This document shows positions 25,745 through 38,204 of a stretch of DNA of 64,000 bases, in pieces (position 1 is the stretch's first letter; every line of letters starts with the position of its first letter). The stretch is from Cetorhinus maximus (lineage: Eukaryota): the NCBI RefSeq assembly GCF_964194155.1, contig NC_135895.1:97960001-98024000 (forward strand). Direction: 5' to 3'. The position numbers and the translations under genes are program-made. The notes under the pieces are model-generated. The model had not been told where the DNA came from and made no database searches. It saw only the letters and a program-made list of their open reading frames with translations.

Positions 25745-25868
25745 GGCAAATTTAGCAATAGTTAAGGAGCTTGGAGACCGAGCAGCCCAGGGACGTGCTT
25801 ACGGGAATCTAGGAAATACACATTACCTTTTGGGGAACTTCAGAAAAGCAGTGAAATCCCACAAGGAG
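25745..25868 (+). CDS. GPSM2: GPSM2 coding exon 5 (ANLAIVKELGDRAAQGRAYGNLGNTHYLLGNFRKAVKSHKE)
   Basis: TPR. CATAG acceptor, GAG|GTATG donor, 124 nt. Confidence 0.96.
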
Positions 25869-26795
25869 GTATGAAATATCAAACATTTATTTTTACCCCA
25901 ACTCTCAATTCATAATGCCAGCATGGAGATGCAAATTATTGAATTTGCATTGCTTTTCTTCATGTTTTCTATAGATAGGAGGCAGGGTAGAGCAGTTAAT
26001 CTAGATTTTCTGAATTAATGTTGTTTTGTATCCTGATTGAAAAATGGAAGTCTCAACATATCAGTTCTCATTTACTATAGGTAAATAGGTAAACTGAAGC
26101 CACCAGGTCCCACTGAACAATTTTTAAGACATCAATTCCTTTAAATGTGTGCTCATCAATCCTTTTTTTCTTATGTTGATGTCTGTTACATTTCACAATG
26201 CTTCTGTGGATGTAAACCACTTCTCAAAATATTGTTTGTCTTTGTTTGGCCTGTGAATTTGAATTATTTTGTTCTCCACATTAAATGGTTGTTATTTTTA
26301 AAACCTTGTTTTAAGCTCCAGGAAAAAGAGTTTTCCTTTATTGGTCATAGCCAGTGACTGATTATATTGTGAGTTCCACAAAGGAGCAGAGTGAGTGCAA
26401 TTCGTGCCATTCCTTTCAAATATGACCATTGGTCAAAGCCAGTTTGTGAAAATATCAAGCTGTGAACTTTCAAAGGGATGATGTTATCAAGCCAGGACTG
26501 AATAGGTGTAGTTAGCTGTCTGTGTTTAAAGCGTGCCCTTACAACTAGTCATGTTTTGATCCTTGAATCTTGTGAAATTTTAAATGAAAAATGACACACC
26601 TGGGTAATGTGCAGCTGGATGCCTCTAATTTCAATTTAAAGGTGCTACTTTTTGCTCACGATGTCAAACAAGTATAATCATGCAGTAAATAAAACTGCAA
26701 GTTGTGCTCGCTGTGCAGTGTACACTACAGTTGTCTAAATATTGAAGTTGACTACTTTGATATTTTGTTTGATTTAATTCATTTCATGCTTTCAG

Positions 26796-26911
26796 CGCTT
26801 AGAAATTGCAAAGGAGTTTGGAGACAAATCAGCTGAAAGAAGAGCATGTAGCAATCTGGGAAATGCCTATGTGTTTCTTGGTGAATTTGCATTGGCAGCT
26901 GAATATTACAA
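26796..26911 (+). CDS. GPSM2: GPSM2 coding exon 6 (RLEIAKEFGDKSAERRACSNLGNAYVFLGEFALAAEYYK)
   Basis: TPR. TTTCAG acceptor, AA|GTGAG donor, 116 nt. Confidence 0.96.
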
Positions 26912-27029
26912 GTGAGCATTTTTGAATATGAAAACCTTTGTCTTAGTTTTGAAATCAAGTAGCCAAATGTTGTGACGGCATTTTTTTGAGGGGGGTGGGG
27001 GGAACTGTAATTTCTCAAACTTTGTTGAG

Positions 27030-27460
27030 ATTTGACCTCACCAAAGTGGCTATTCATGTGTGAATCTAGATCAGCAAGGCATCATCCAAAATGAGATTTG
27101 AATGACCCTCTGTTGCTTTGGTCTAAGGTCGGTTTAGCTCCAAGACCAAAGATCAAACCAGTACCACACCACAAGATATTCACTTGGTCATTGTAGTATT
27201 AAAGCTGTATGTGATCTTGTCCTTCAATGACATCCATTCATGCATAGTCCATGGATGATAAACAGGAGGAGAAACCATGGCTCAACTATTTTTTTTCTCC
27301 TCCTCAAAATGGCAATGCAAGGGCCAATTTGAATGGGTGCTTAAATTACCTGGCTTTGTCTATTAGCTCTGCAGAGACAAGAGATTAAATCAGGGACTTT
27401 TTTTTTGTCTGTATGCCTTGGTACCGTACCACAAGGTACACTTACCATATGACCATGATA
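27030..27460 (-). repeat. Old SINE-like repeat; a related + strand head fragment may lie at about 19335-19450
   Basis: Recognised by eye only, as a decayed tRNA-like head plus body. Family not established. Confidence 0.3.
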
Positions 27461-27634
27461 TGATACCCAAGTGTGTTTTAATATGAATGTGAACTTAAGA
27501 TAGATTTACAGTTCTTGAAAAGCCTGTCAGTTCCTGTTTCTTTGATACATTGAAATACACCAAAATGCTTTAAAAATGTTTCATTTAGGTATTTTAAAAT
27601 GTTTTGACTTGTGTATCTTACTGTATTTGTTTAG

Positions 27635-27790
27635 GAGAACACTGCATCTTGCTCGACAGCTAAAGGACAGGGCTGTTGAAGCACAAGCTTGTTACAGTCT
27701 TGGAAACACTTACACTCTGCTTCAAGACTATGAAAAGGCCATTGAATACCATTTGAAACACCTTACGATAGCACAAGAGCTTGCAGATAG
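27635..27790 (+). CDS. GPSM2: GPSM2 coding exon 7 (RTLHLARQLKDRAVEAQACYSLGNTYTLLQDYEKAIEYHLKHLTIAQELADR)
   Basis: TPR. TTTAG acceptor, AG|GTAAA donor, 156 nt. Confidence 0.97.
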
Positions 27791-28353
27791 GTAAAATTCA
27801 ATATATTGTCTTTAATCTCTATATATTATTGGTGTCCGATCTAGTCTGTTTGTTATCACTGGTCATAGTCCACAGTGTATACATATATTCCAGTATATGA
27901 AGCAAAGTTTTGAAGTGCATTGCACTACTACATTCAAATGGTAGGTGTCACCATTGAAAGAAGCTGAGCTTACATTAACAGGTATTCATTATGAGAAGAA
28001 AACTTAGCTGTCAGAAGAAAGACAGCTTAGAAGAAAAATTCACTGTCAAAATAATGGTGAGGTTAATGATGCTTTCTGTTTGCAACTTCAGCTGTTGCTT
28101 GATTGAGTGCAGAAATCTAAAATTTTTCATTCAAGATGTGCAGCTCTACTATTGACTACGTGAAAATGGTATTTCACTGTCTGCCTCACCTTTGAAATGT
28201 ATTGAATGGCTAGAGACCAAGAGCTGGATAGTGGGATTAGGTTGGATAACTTTTTTTCAGCCGGCATAGACGTGGTGGGCTGAATGCCTTCCTTCTGTGT
28301 TGTAAATTTACAATGTTTCCAGTTGAGTGATAGATGCAAACTAAAATCATAAA

Positions 28354-28380
28354 CTTTTCATCCTACACTCATCAGGACAC
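28354..28380 (-). ncRNA. Truncated minimal hammerhead core at the tip of the inverted Penelope arm
   Basis: Minus strand reads GUGUC-CUGAUGA-GUGUAGGAU-GAAAAG. The core is deleted in the forward copy near 32878. Confidence 0.5.
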
Positions 28381-28473
28381 TCGCAAGAATACCAATATAA
28401 GGTGGAAAACAACTATTTATACTGTCTGTGAAGACAGTGCTGATTGTTGGCAAGTGGCATTGCCATGGAGAAT

Positions 28474-30106
28474 TTTAAAAATTCATTTTGCGGGATGTGG
28501 GCATCACTTGCTAGGCATTTATTGCTCATCCTTAATTGCCCTTGAGATGGTAGTGGTGAGCTGCCTTCTTGAACCGCTGCAGTCCCTGTGGTGTTACAGT
28601 GCTGATAGGGAGGGAGTTCCAGGATTTTGACCCAGCGACAGTGAAGGAACGGCGATATATTTCCAAGTCAGGATGGTGAGTGGCTTGGAGGAGAACTTCC
28701 AGATGGTGGTGCTCCCATGTATCTACTGCCCTTGTCCTTCTAGATGGTAGTGGTTGTGGGTTTGGAAGGTGCTATCGAAGGAGCCTTGGTGAGTTTCTGC
28801 AGTGCATCTTATAGATGGTACACATTGCTGCCATTGTGCATCGGAGGTGGAGAGAGTGAATGTTTGTGGAAGAGGCGTCAATCAAGTGGCTGCTTTGTCC
28901 TGGATGGTGTCAAGATTCTTGAGTGTTGTTGGAGCTGCACTCACCCAGACAAGTGGAGAGTATTCCATCACACTCCTGACTTGTGCCTTGTCGATGGTGG
29001 ACAGGCTTCCTAGCCTCTGACCTGCTCTTGTAGCCACAGTATTTATATGACTAGTTCAGTTTCTGGTCAATGGTAACCCTTAGGATATTGATAGTGGGGG
29101 ATTCAGTGATGGTAATGCCATTGAATGTCAAGGGTCGATGGTTAGATTTTCTCTTGTTGGAGATGGTAATTGCCTGGCACTTGTGTGGTGTGAATGTTAC
29201 TTGGCACTTGTCAGCCCAAGCCTGGATATTGTCCAGGTTTTGCTGCATTTGGATATGGACTGTTTCAGTATCTGAGGAATCGCGAATGATGCTGAACAGT
29301 GTGCAATCATCAGCAAACATCCCCACTTCTTATGATGGAAGGAAGATCATTGATGAAGTAGCTGAAGATGGTTGGGCCACGGACACTACCCTGAAGAACT
29401 CCTGCAGTGATGTCCTGGAACTGAGATGATTGACCTCCAACAACCATCTTCCTTTGTGCTAGGTATGACTCCAGCTGGCGGAGAGTTTTCCCCCCTAATT
29501 CCCATTGACTCCAGTTTTGCTGGGGCTCCTTGATGCCACACTCAGTCAAATGCTGCCTTGATGTCAAGGGCAGTCACTCTCGCCTCACCTCTGGAGTTCA
29601 GCTCTTTTGTCTATGTTTGAACCAAGGCTGTAATGAGGTCAAAAGCTGAGTGAGCCTGGGGGAACCCAAACTGAGTGTCAGCGAGCAGGTTATTGCTAAG
29701 CAAGTGCCGTTTGATAGCACTGTTGATGACCCCTTCCATCACTTTATTGATGATCGAGAGTAGACCGATGGGGCAGTAATTGGCCGGGTTGGATTTGTCC
29801 TGCTTTTTGTGTACAGGAGATACCTGGGCAATTTTCTGCATTGCTGGGTAGATGTCAGTGTTGACCTATACTGGAACAGCTTTGCTAGGGGCACGGCAAG
29901 TTCTGAAGCATGTCTTTAGTACTATTGCTGGAATATTGTCAGGGCCCATAGCCGTTGCAGTATCCAGTCCCTTCAGCCCTTCCTTGATATCACATGGAGT
30001 GAGTTGAATTGGCTGAAGACTGGCATCTGTGACGCTGGGGACCTTCGGAGGAGGCAGAGATGGATCATCCACCTGACACTTCTTCTTGCTGAAGATTATT
30101 GCAAAG
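28474..30106 (-). mobile_element. CR1/L2-group LINE 3' portion (QAWADK family) nested in the Penelope arm
   Basis: MGPDNIP, GVLQGSV.GP, MFADDCT, MQQNLDNIQAWADK. Flanks rejoin as GGAGAAT|GCACCACTGATGG. Confidence 0.88.
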
Positions 30107-30516
30107 GCACCACTGATGGTGACTGACGGTTAACTGCCAAGCATTGTTTGAAATTTAAACCAGGTAGCTTGACCCTGATTGGTCAAGGCATAGACCTGAG
30201 GAATGAGTCAGCGAATGGCTGTCACTTGTTTTGTTTAGCTGAAACAGGCACAGTGCATGTACATGTTCTTTCTGTCTGCAAAGCACAGGGCCCTGTGAAT
30301 TAATATATGTAGTTTCCAGTACATGCAAATACACCACATTGCAAGCCCAACTGACAATCTTAAATTGGTTGTCAGCGTAATTCTTAGGACACTAGACAAC
30401 ATTTGCTCAACAATCCTCAATTGCAAAATCACATCTAATGTTGGACATTGTTTTGAGTTTTGCAAGCACGGGCTGGTTGGATATGGTTTGTACCCTGCCC
30501 ATTGCAAACAGCGGCT

Positions 30517-30652
30517 CTGAAGAAGAGTCATATGGACTCGAAACGTTAACTCTGTCTTTCTCTCCACAGATGCTCTTAGACCTGCTGAGTTTTTCCGGCA
30601 TTTTTTGTTTTTGTTTCAAATTTCAGCATCCGCAGTATTTTGCCATTATCTT
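30517..30652 (+). mobile_element. 136-bp solo Penelope tail starting at a hammerhead core, with 7-bp TSD AGCGGCT
   Basis: CTGAAGA-A-GAGTC atatg GACTC-GAAAC-GTT. TSD at 30510-30516 and 30653-30659. Confidence 0.75.
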
Positions 30653-30704
30653 AGCGGCTGGGACATGTTGTTTGATATGATCTGCCAGTCTTTGGGATAT
30701 ACGC

Positions 30705-31132
30705 TTGATTGGCACCACATCCACAAACATTCACTCCCTCCACCACTGACGCACAGTAGCAGCAGTGTGTACCATCTACAAGGTGCACTGCAGGAATTCA
30801 CCAAGGCTCCTTAGACAGCACCTTCCATACCCACAACCACTACCACCTAGAAGGACAAGGGCAGGAGATAGATGGGAACACCACTATCTGGAAGTTCCCC
30901 TCCAAGTCACTCACCATCCTGACTTGGAAATATATCGCCGTTCATTCACTGTCGCTGGGTCAAAATCCTGGAACTCCCTTTCTAATAGCACTGTGAGTGT
31001 ACCTACACCACATGGACTGTAGCGGTTCAAGAAGGCAGTTCACCACCACCTTCTCAAGGACAACCAGGGATGGGTAATAAATGCTGGCCCAGCCAGCGAA
31101 GCTCACATCCTGTGAATGAGTAAAAAAAAAAA
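30705..31132 (+). mobile_element. 3' end of the QAWADK LINE family with an A-rich tail
   Basis: Homologous to 61590-62005 and to the reverse of 28474-28900. Confidence 0.85.
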
Positions 31133-33784
31133 TCACACTGGCAATGAAATTCATGTGGCACATTACTCATTTGTGTGATAGGCAGAATATCTTTTTGGCT
31201 TGATGGCAGCATCCTGTTAGTGGTGAATACCACTCGTGGTGCTACTACATAGTAGCAGTGTGAAACAGCTAGCATCACCTGTTGCTGAAATTTTTGAGAT
31301 ACCTTGCCCTCCCAGACTAAACTGAGGTAGACTGGGCACTTTTCAGGGCCAAAATGGACTCCTTCACATTTGTGAAGGCCATACAGGACTTGCATATCGA
31401 TAGCAATGCTGTGTCCATGTGCTCACTTGACATTGCTGGCCTAAACACCAATGTTCCGCTTAAGGAAGACATAGATATTTGCACTGCAGCACTATATCAT
31501 GGTGATCTAGACTCGCCATCATTGCATGAATCAGTATTCATTGAACTTGTGAACTTGGCAACTCATACAGTTGAGTTCAGTTTTAATGATACTAAGTATG
31601 TCCAAATAGATGGTGTTGCCATGGGATCCCCTCTAGGCCCAGCTCTCGCAAACATCTTTGTTGGATTCCATGAAAAGCGTGTCTTTGGAATGACACCTAA
31701 CCTCCTATCCCTTGCATATTTCTGATGTGGATGATACATTTGCTATATTTAAATCCTCAGCTGCATGTAACAATCTCCTTAAGTACCTTAATGGGCTCCA
31801 TCCTGCGCTCAAATTCACCTTTTGAAATGGAGTAGTCAAATTAACTCCCCTTCCTTGATGTACTAGTTGAAAAATCTGCCAGGGAATTCTCTACCACCTC
31901 CACCACAAGCCTATCTTCACCGGTCAATATATGCATTGGGATTCTTACGGTTCCACGTGCTATAAGATTGGTCTTATTGGCAACCTTGTAAATAGGACCC
32001 CAGCCATTTGCTCACCATGCAAGGTTGATGATGAAATAGGGCGCATCAAAGGCATCCTGCAGGATAATGGCTACATTTCGCGCTGTATGTCACGCCAACT
32101 GATGAACGGGCCTAAGGCCATCACTTTCGGCCCTGAAATGTGCCCAGTCTACCTCGGATTACTCCGGAAGAGCAACAGGTAAAGCTAGCTGTTTCACTAC
32201 TACTATGCTACTACTATGCAACAGCAACACGAGTGGTATTTGCCACTAACAAAATGCTGCAGTCAAGCCAAAAAGATGTTCTGCCTATCTCACAAATGAG
32301 TAATGTGGTATATGAATTTCAGTGCTAATGTGATGCTAGGTACGTAGGCTGTACGTCCCAAAGACTGGTGGATCATATCAAATAGCATCTCCCAGCTGCT
32401 GTTTGCAACAGGCAAGGTACAGACTGCACCCAACCAGCCCGTGCTTGCAAAACTCAAAACAGTGTCCAGCATTAGATGTGATTCTGCGATTCGACAACAT
32501 TTGCTAAATAATCCTCAATGTGCTGAGAATTGAGCTGACAACCAATTTATGATTATCAGTCGGGCTTGCAATGTAGTGCATGTACTAGAAGCTACGTATA
32601 TTAATACACAGGCCTTTGACAGAAAGAACATGTGCATACACTGTGCTTGTTTCAGCTAAACAAAATAAGTGAGAGCCATCCACTGGTCAAGGCATTGCCC
32701 TGAGGAATGAGTCAATCAGGGTCAAGCTGCTTGGTTTAAATTTCAAACAATACTTGGCAGTTAACTGTCAGTCACCATCAGTGGTTCATTCTCCATGGCA
32801 ACGCCACTTGCCAGCCAATCAGCACTCTTCACATACAGTATAAATTGTTGTTTTCCCTCTTAAATTGGTATTCTTGCCAGTGCAAGACAAAAACCTTTTT
32901 TTCAGCAATCCTCAAGTTCTGTACTATCAAACGATTATTTAAAATCATAAAGTTATGTCAAGTCATTTCAAATCCATTTTCCCTTTTAATAATGTGTAAA
33001 GTGCCAACTGCTGCCAGTCAATTTCTTTCAACACTGAAAGTTAACCATTGAAGGTGGTGTCTCGCCCCCAAGATTTTAATTGTGGTTCAAGATTTTATTT
33101 CTTTTAGTTTTCTCTCCCCTCTCTCCCTTTCCACTCGCCCTCTCTCCCTTTTCCCCCCACCCCCCACCGCCGCTTGCCCCTTTATTTCTTTTTCTATGCA
33201 TGATTTGACATTGCATCACCCATCCTATTAAAGATGTTTTAAGTTCACAATCCTTCAATCTGGTTCAGGAGATAGTTACTTGCACTCTTTGTTTAGTTTC
33301 CTAATATAGGGAACTGCACTATTTCCAGCTCACTCTTCCAGAGCAAAATATCATGGAGATTAAATGGGCAAGGCAAGAATGGAGGTCACTGCTCAGTGCT
33401 GGCTACAATAAATTCTGGGCAGGGACCTGATTTAAATAAATGTACAACCTTTCAGTAAGAATCCTGAAATGACAGCTTTTTATTTCTCACCAAGTGTAAT
33501 TAAAAGACCATACATGACCATCAGAATGCCGACACCAAAAATTGAAAGATTAAAAAAAATTGTTCATTTTTGCCAAGTAACATTACTTTCAGTTATTGGA
33601 CCACATGTTTGTAAGCATTTTGCAAGTACTAACTCCTTCTCCCCAGCCACATACAGTAAGTTAGTCATAACAAACTATGTTTTTAAATAAATTCATGTTC
33701 CATAGTTCCATCATAGCATCCGTTCAAGAATGGCCCCTTGCTTTTTTAAAAGCTAAAAATGTTAATTGTATATAATTCCACTTT

Positions 33785-34240
33785 TTGCACAGAGGTGCAC
33801 GCATGCACAAAAGAGTGCAGGCCCTGACTCGGGGACCCCCCCACCGCCCACTCAGTGCTTCCGGGCGCACCTCATGCTGGGCGGGTCTTAATTGGCCAAC
33901 CCACGTAAAATGGCAGCATGGACTCGATTGGGGGTGCCGATTGGGTCTACGCCCACCCCCTGCACAACCCCTCCAACGGGGGGGAAATTCTCCTGATTTA
34001 TGTACTCAATCTCCCTGAAGCAACTCTGTGCCTCAGGGAGATTGCTGCGCTCTTTCGCACGCATGCCCCTCCTCCCCCTGTCCGTACAGGTAGCGCTGGG
34101 TGCTACAGAACGTGCATTATGCTAGGCGGGCCTTAATTGGCCCGCCCACATAAAATGGTGGCGTGCAGCCGATTGCAGGTGACGATTGGCTCCATGCCTG
34201 CTCCCACCCAGCCCACCCGACATAGGTAAGATTCAGTCTA
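33785..34240. mobile_element. Two tandem Harbinger MITE end fragments
   Basis: Each carries the GGCGGG(T/C)CTTAATTGGCC palindrome, AAAATGG and a decayed TIR (GGAAATTCTCCTG; GGTAAGATTCAGTC). Reverse-homologous to 20629-20885. Confidence 0.7.
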
Positions 34241-34402
34241 TTATGTTTTACATATATCAGTGGCCATTTTCTTAATGCCTATAGCTCAGATAACTCCTGG
34301 GTGTGTGTATTCTTGTTTAAGAAATAATAGAACTTGAAAGTACAGAAAAATTCAAATAATATGGCCTAAACTTGGTAAATCTGCTTTTCACTTTAATTTT
34401 AG

Positions 34403-34511
34403 GATTGGTGAAGGGAGAGCTTGTTGGAGTTTAGGAAATGCTTACACAGCACTTGGAAATCATGAACAAGCTGTGTATTTTGCCGAGAAGCACTTCGAAA
34501 TTTCAAAAGAG
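34403..34511 (+). CDS. GPSM2: GPSM2 coding exon 8 (IGEGRACWSLGNAYTALGNHEQAVYFAEKHFEISKE)
   Basis: TPR. TTTTAG acceptor, GAG|GTAAA donor, 109 nt. Confidence 0.96.
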
Positions 34512-34587
34512 GTAAAAAATATATTTTATATAATCTACATAGTGACGCAGTTAAATTGTTACCATCATATATGTGAATGAAAAGGAA

Positions 34588-35020
34588 AAAAGACTTGCAT
34601 TTGTACAGCATTTTTTCAAGACCACTGAGTTTCAGAAAGCTTCACAGTCAATTAAGTGTTTTCACTGTTGTAATGTAGGAAACACAGCAGCCTCTATGGG
34701 CACAGCAAACTCCCACAAGCAGCAAAGTGATAATGACCAGATAATCTCTTTTTGTGTTGTTGATTGACGGATAAATATTGGCCAATACTTCAGGGATAAT
34801 TCCTCTGCTCTGCTTCAAAATAATGCCATGGGATCTTTTACATCCTCCCAAGCAGGCGGATGGGGCCTTGGTGATGCCTCATCATCTCATCTGTGCTCTG
34901 ATAGCACAGCGCTCTCTCAGTACTGCACTAGAATTTTGTACTCAAAGCCTGGAGTGGCACTTGAACCCAGAACCTTGTGACTCAGGTGAGAATGCTACCA
35001 ACTGAGTCACGGCTGACACT
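34588..35020 (-). mobile_element. DeuSINE-type tRNA-derived SINE (SacSINE1/AmnSINE1-related)
   Basis: The minus strand has a tRNA-like head (GACTCAGTTGG..GGTTCAAGTGCC), the Deu-domain motif TAAAAGATCCCATGGCA..TGGCCAATATTTATC, and an L2-type tail AAATGCAAGTCTTT. Confidence 0.72.
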
Positions 35021-35098
35021 CTTAAGATTGCAATTCAGCATATTTTATTAAGGTTGCATCATCCAACTGTCTATCTGGGTTAGGAATTGAGTTGAGGT

Positions 35099-35399
35099 CA
35101 GGGTGACCAACTGTCCTGTATTTTAAGGGATTGTCCCTTTTATTTTGTCTGTTTCTCCTGTGTTAAGGGATGTCTTTTCACCCTTATTTCTAGGACAGCC
35201 TGTGGGAGACTGAGCATCTTTGTTTTCTTTGTGCGCATGCGGTCTGTGGTTGTTGGCGACCAGGGGGTTATGGTCTCTAGCATTCCCCCCCCTCCATTCT
35301 TATGGGCCCCAGTAATCATCACTATTGCTCTTATCGTCCCCTCACCCGGTCCCATGTTCGAAGAGTCCCTTTTTTTATTTCATGAGAGTTGGTCCCCTG
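35099..35399. mobile_element. hAT-type MITE, 301 bp
   Basis: TIRs CAGGGTGACCAACT and AGTTGGTCCCCTG. 8-bp TSD GTTGAGGT/GCTGAGGC (6/8 match). Confidence 0.7.
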
Positions 35400-35629
35400 G
35401 CTGAGGCATGAAATGATAAGTTTTGTGTCAAGGATGCAAGTTTATTCTGAAAGTATACTATTCGGGAAGAAATTAGTTGGTTTCAAACTCTGCTGGATGC
35501 AAGTTCACTTAATATTCATGTTCTCAATTTTCACATTTGATTCAGGTTTTAAAAAATCTGCTGGCAATGCTGACAGTTCTGTAGCTATGTGTTATTTCTT
35601 TAATATTTATACCCTTAAACAAAAAAAGG

Positions 35630-36385
35630 AAGAAAAAGATTGCTGCAGAAGCTACAGATCTGAAGCCAAAACAGAAGTTACTGAAAATGGTTAGCATGGC
35701 ACAAAGCAGCAAGTCATTGTTTCAGGCATTGCCCTTCATTAGCATAATATTACAGATTGCTATTTTATAAGAATGAACATGATGAGGGAGAAATAAACCC
35801 TCAACATATGCACAGGTAAAGAAAAAGAATACCAAAATGATTCAATTGAAAAGAAGATGGTTAATTCATAGAAGTGAGAATAGCTTCAGACAAAAGGAAA
35901 CATGATGAGGGAAAAATAAAAGATGTATATGAGATCCAGAGGAAACCTGAGTAATTAAAGCTGGTTGGCTAAAATGGATGGGCAGATTTGTATTGCCTCC
36001 TGCTCTCGTAATTATTAGTCTTTAACTATTCATACGTTTTTTATTCTAATTCTCCTTGATGTTTTCTTTGGAATCATGCTATTAACATGTCTATTGGGTA
36101 TTCATCTCCTCCTGTTCTACACTGAAAGGCTTTACAGCTTATTTTCTTTATGCTTCCAACCTCCCTTTACCATGCTCCTTTTTGCAATGAAAACAAAAAA
36201 ATGCTGGAAATAATCAGGTTAGGCAACATCTTTGGACACAAAAACAGATCTTATGCTGGTTGATGACCATTCATCAGAATTTCTGATTTCCAGGATCTGA
36301 AATATTTTCCTTTGCCAAGCTGAACAACTTGTAATATTTTATGGTTCTGATGAAGGGCAATATCTGAATTGTTCACTTATTGCTT
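35630..36385. repeat. Highly decayed Penelope-tail remnants with eroded hammerhead cores on both strands
   Basis: Reverse CTAATGAAGGGC..GCCTGAAAC near 35720-35745, reverse CTGATGAATGGTC near 36265-36280, forward CTGATGAAGGGC near 36347. Confidence 0.4.
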
Positions 36386-37984
36386 TTACTACCATAGTGA
36401 GAGTGGTTCTTGCTAAACAAGTTCACGACAGGCCAAGGCCCCTCTGCAGCCAACCTCCACCACTGGGGCCTCAGTATAAACCCCTTATGCACTTTTGATA
36501 CAAACAGCGCTGCACATTACCAAGGACTGACCCCTCTACAAACGAAATGGCAGACTAGTCATCTAAAGCTCAGCAAATGAGGAGGCTATCACTTGGCTTC
36601 AGGGATTTGCAGACACTAAATAAATAAATAAAAATGGATAATACTCTAAACTTGCTTCTGCCCTGAGTTCTTGCTGAAATTATGCTTTTTGACCACATAC
36701 ACATGCTTTGAAGTCAATGGCTTATGCAGTTGATTTGAAATTAGTGATTCAGCTAAAGGCTCAGTTGCTGAAAGGGATATATATGAGGAGACAAATATGC
36801 TTATGTTTTCTATTACTTGACACTGTTCTATTGGCTGAAGAAGTATTCAAGGCGACTAACTGATTCATAAGTATGTAAATATGTGTCCTGTACTCTTAAT
36901 ATTAGCTAAAATTCTGTGCTTCAGTTCCTAAAAAATGTGTTCTTAGGAATCTGAGAGACTCTGGCAATGCTACATTATTGCCCATACCTGCCCTAAGAAG
37001 TAGTGGTGGAATTTCTCCTTGAACCAAGGCAATTTTTGTGGTGGTGAGCTATGAGCAACCAACTGAGCATGTTTATAACATCTCTAGCTACAGACCTTAT
37101 GAGATAAAGTCCATTCGGGAAAACTATTACTAGGATGTTGAATAAGAAAATTTTGCAAAAGAACCTGAAATGTAACATTTTTTTTGGAAGAAAAATTCTT
37201 TCAGGTCATGGCTTTTTATTTGTTTTTTTTTAAAAATTGTAAATCATTTTGAGAATGACTCCCAACTCTGAGAGTGACAAGCGACTTGGCTTCAAAGTAA
37301 AACATGCTATTTTTCAGATCAAAATAATTTTAAGCTTCAGCGTGACTCATTGTGATCAGCTGAAAAACAGCAGTAGTTTTTCTTTCTATTCCTGTGTACA
37401 TGGCTGTGTTCCTATGCCCCAGAATAGGAAGGCAGTAGGAAGAATCCTAAGCCTCCTGGAACTTGATCTTCAATTGTCTTAATCACTCTGCTTCTCACTG
37501 ACCCACAATTTTTAGGTCTGTCAGTTAAAGGGATATTCTTAGCCCTTCATTTTGTAACCTCCCATTGTCAAATTTATATACATTTATAGGAAATTGGTAA
37601 AATGTTGTTGCGTTCTCTGGATCAGAGTCCTCTTTATCAGGTAGGTCCTGGATTGAAAAGTCATTTTGCTAATAAATAAAATTGAATTCAGTTAAATAGG
37701 ACTGGAAAATTAAAAGTTGTCTTCTCAGCGCATTGCTGTTTTTTTCAAAATACTATTGGTTATGTACTACAGGCTTAGGCTTGGAAGGCTTTCCACGTTG
37801 AGAGATGCATGAGGTGGACAGGACACATGATTGTTTGTTTTCCTGGAGCAGGTCGCTAGCCTGAAGCCAGAGGCTATAGCTTGAAGGGCACAACTCCATC
37901 AAGCATGGCTAATTAGGAATCTCTCCAGCTCTTACCGCCTGCCATAGATGGGTTGAAAGGATTTGCAGGTTGACAATCAACCCA

Positions 37985-38098
37985 TTTGGATCTGTATTGA
38001 AAGCACCTTCCATAGCCATCAAATTCTGGATTGGGACTTGAACCTGGATCTTCTGGTTCAGAGACAGGGATGTTACTCATTGTGTTACAAGATCTCCT
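37985..38098 (-). mobile_element. tRNA-derived SINE head fragment
   Basis: The minus strand carries a B-box GGTTCAAGTCCC with a decayed A-box upstream. Confidence 0.5.
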
Positions 38099-38204
38099 TT
38101 CTATGTCAGGCCCTCATCCCTTTTAAATATCTGAAATGAAAAATAAATTTTGACATAGGCTTTAAAAAGCAGTGAGGTGGGCATTTTGTCATAAAATCTT
38201 GTAG

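Larger units (their letters stand above)
28354..32939 (+). mobile_element. Composite Penelope-like element: forward RT + GIY-YIG copy (31354-32939) preceded by an inverted copy of its 3' part, with a 12-bp TSD
   Basis: SLDI..L.TNVP and QIDGVAMGSPLGPALANIF RT motifs, NVVYEFQC..YVG.T GIY-YIG motif. Inverted arm pieces at 28354-28473, 30107-30516, 30653-30704 and 31133-31353. TSD TAAAATCATAAA at 28342-28353 and 32940-32951. Confidence 0.88.
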
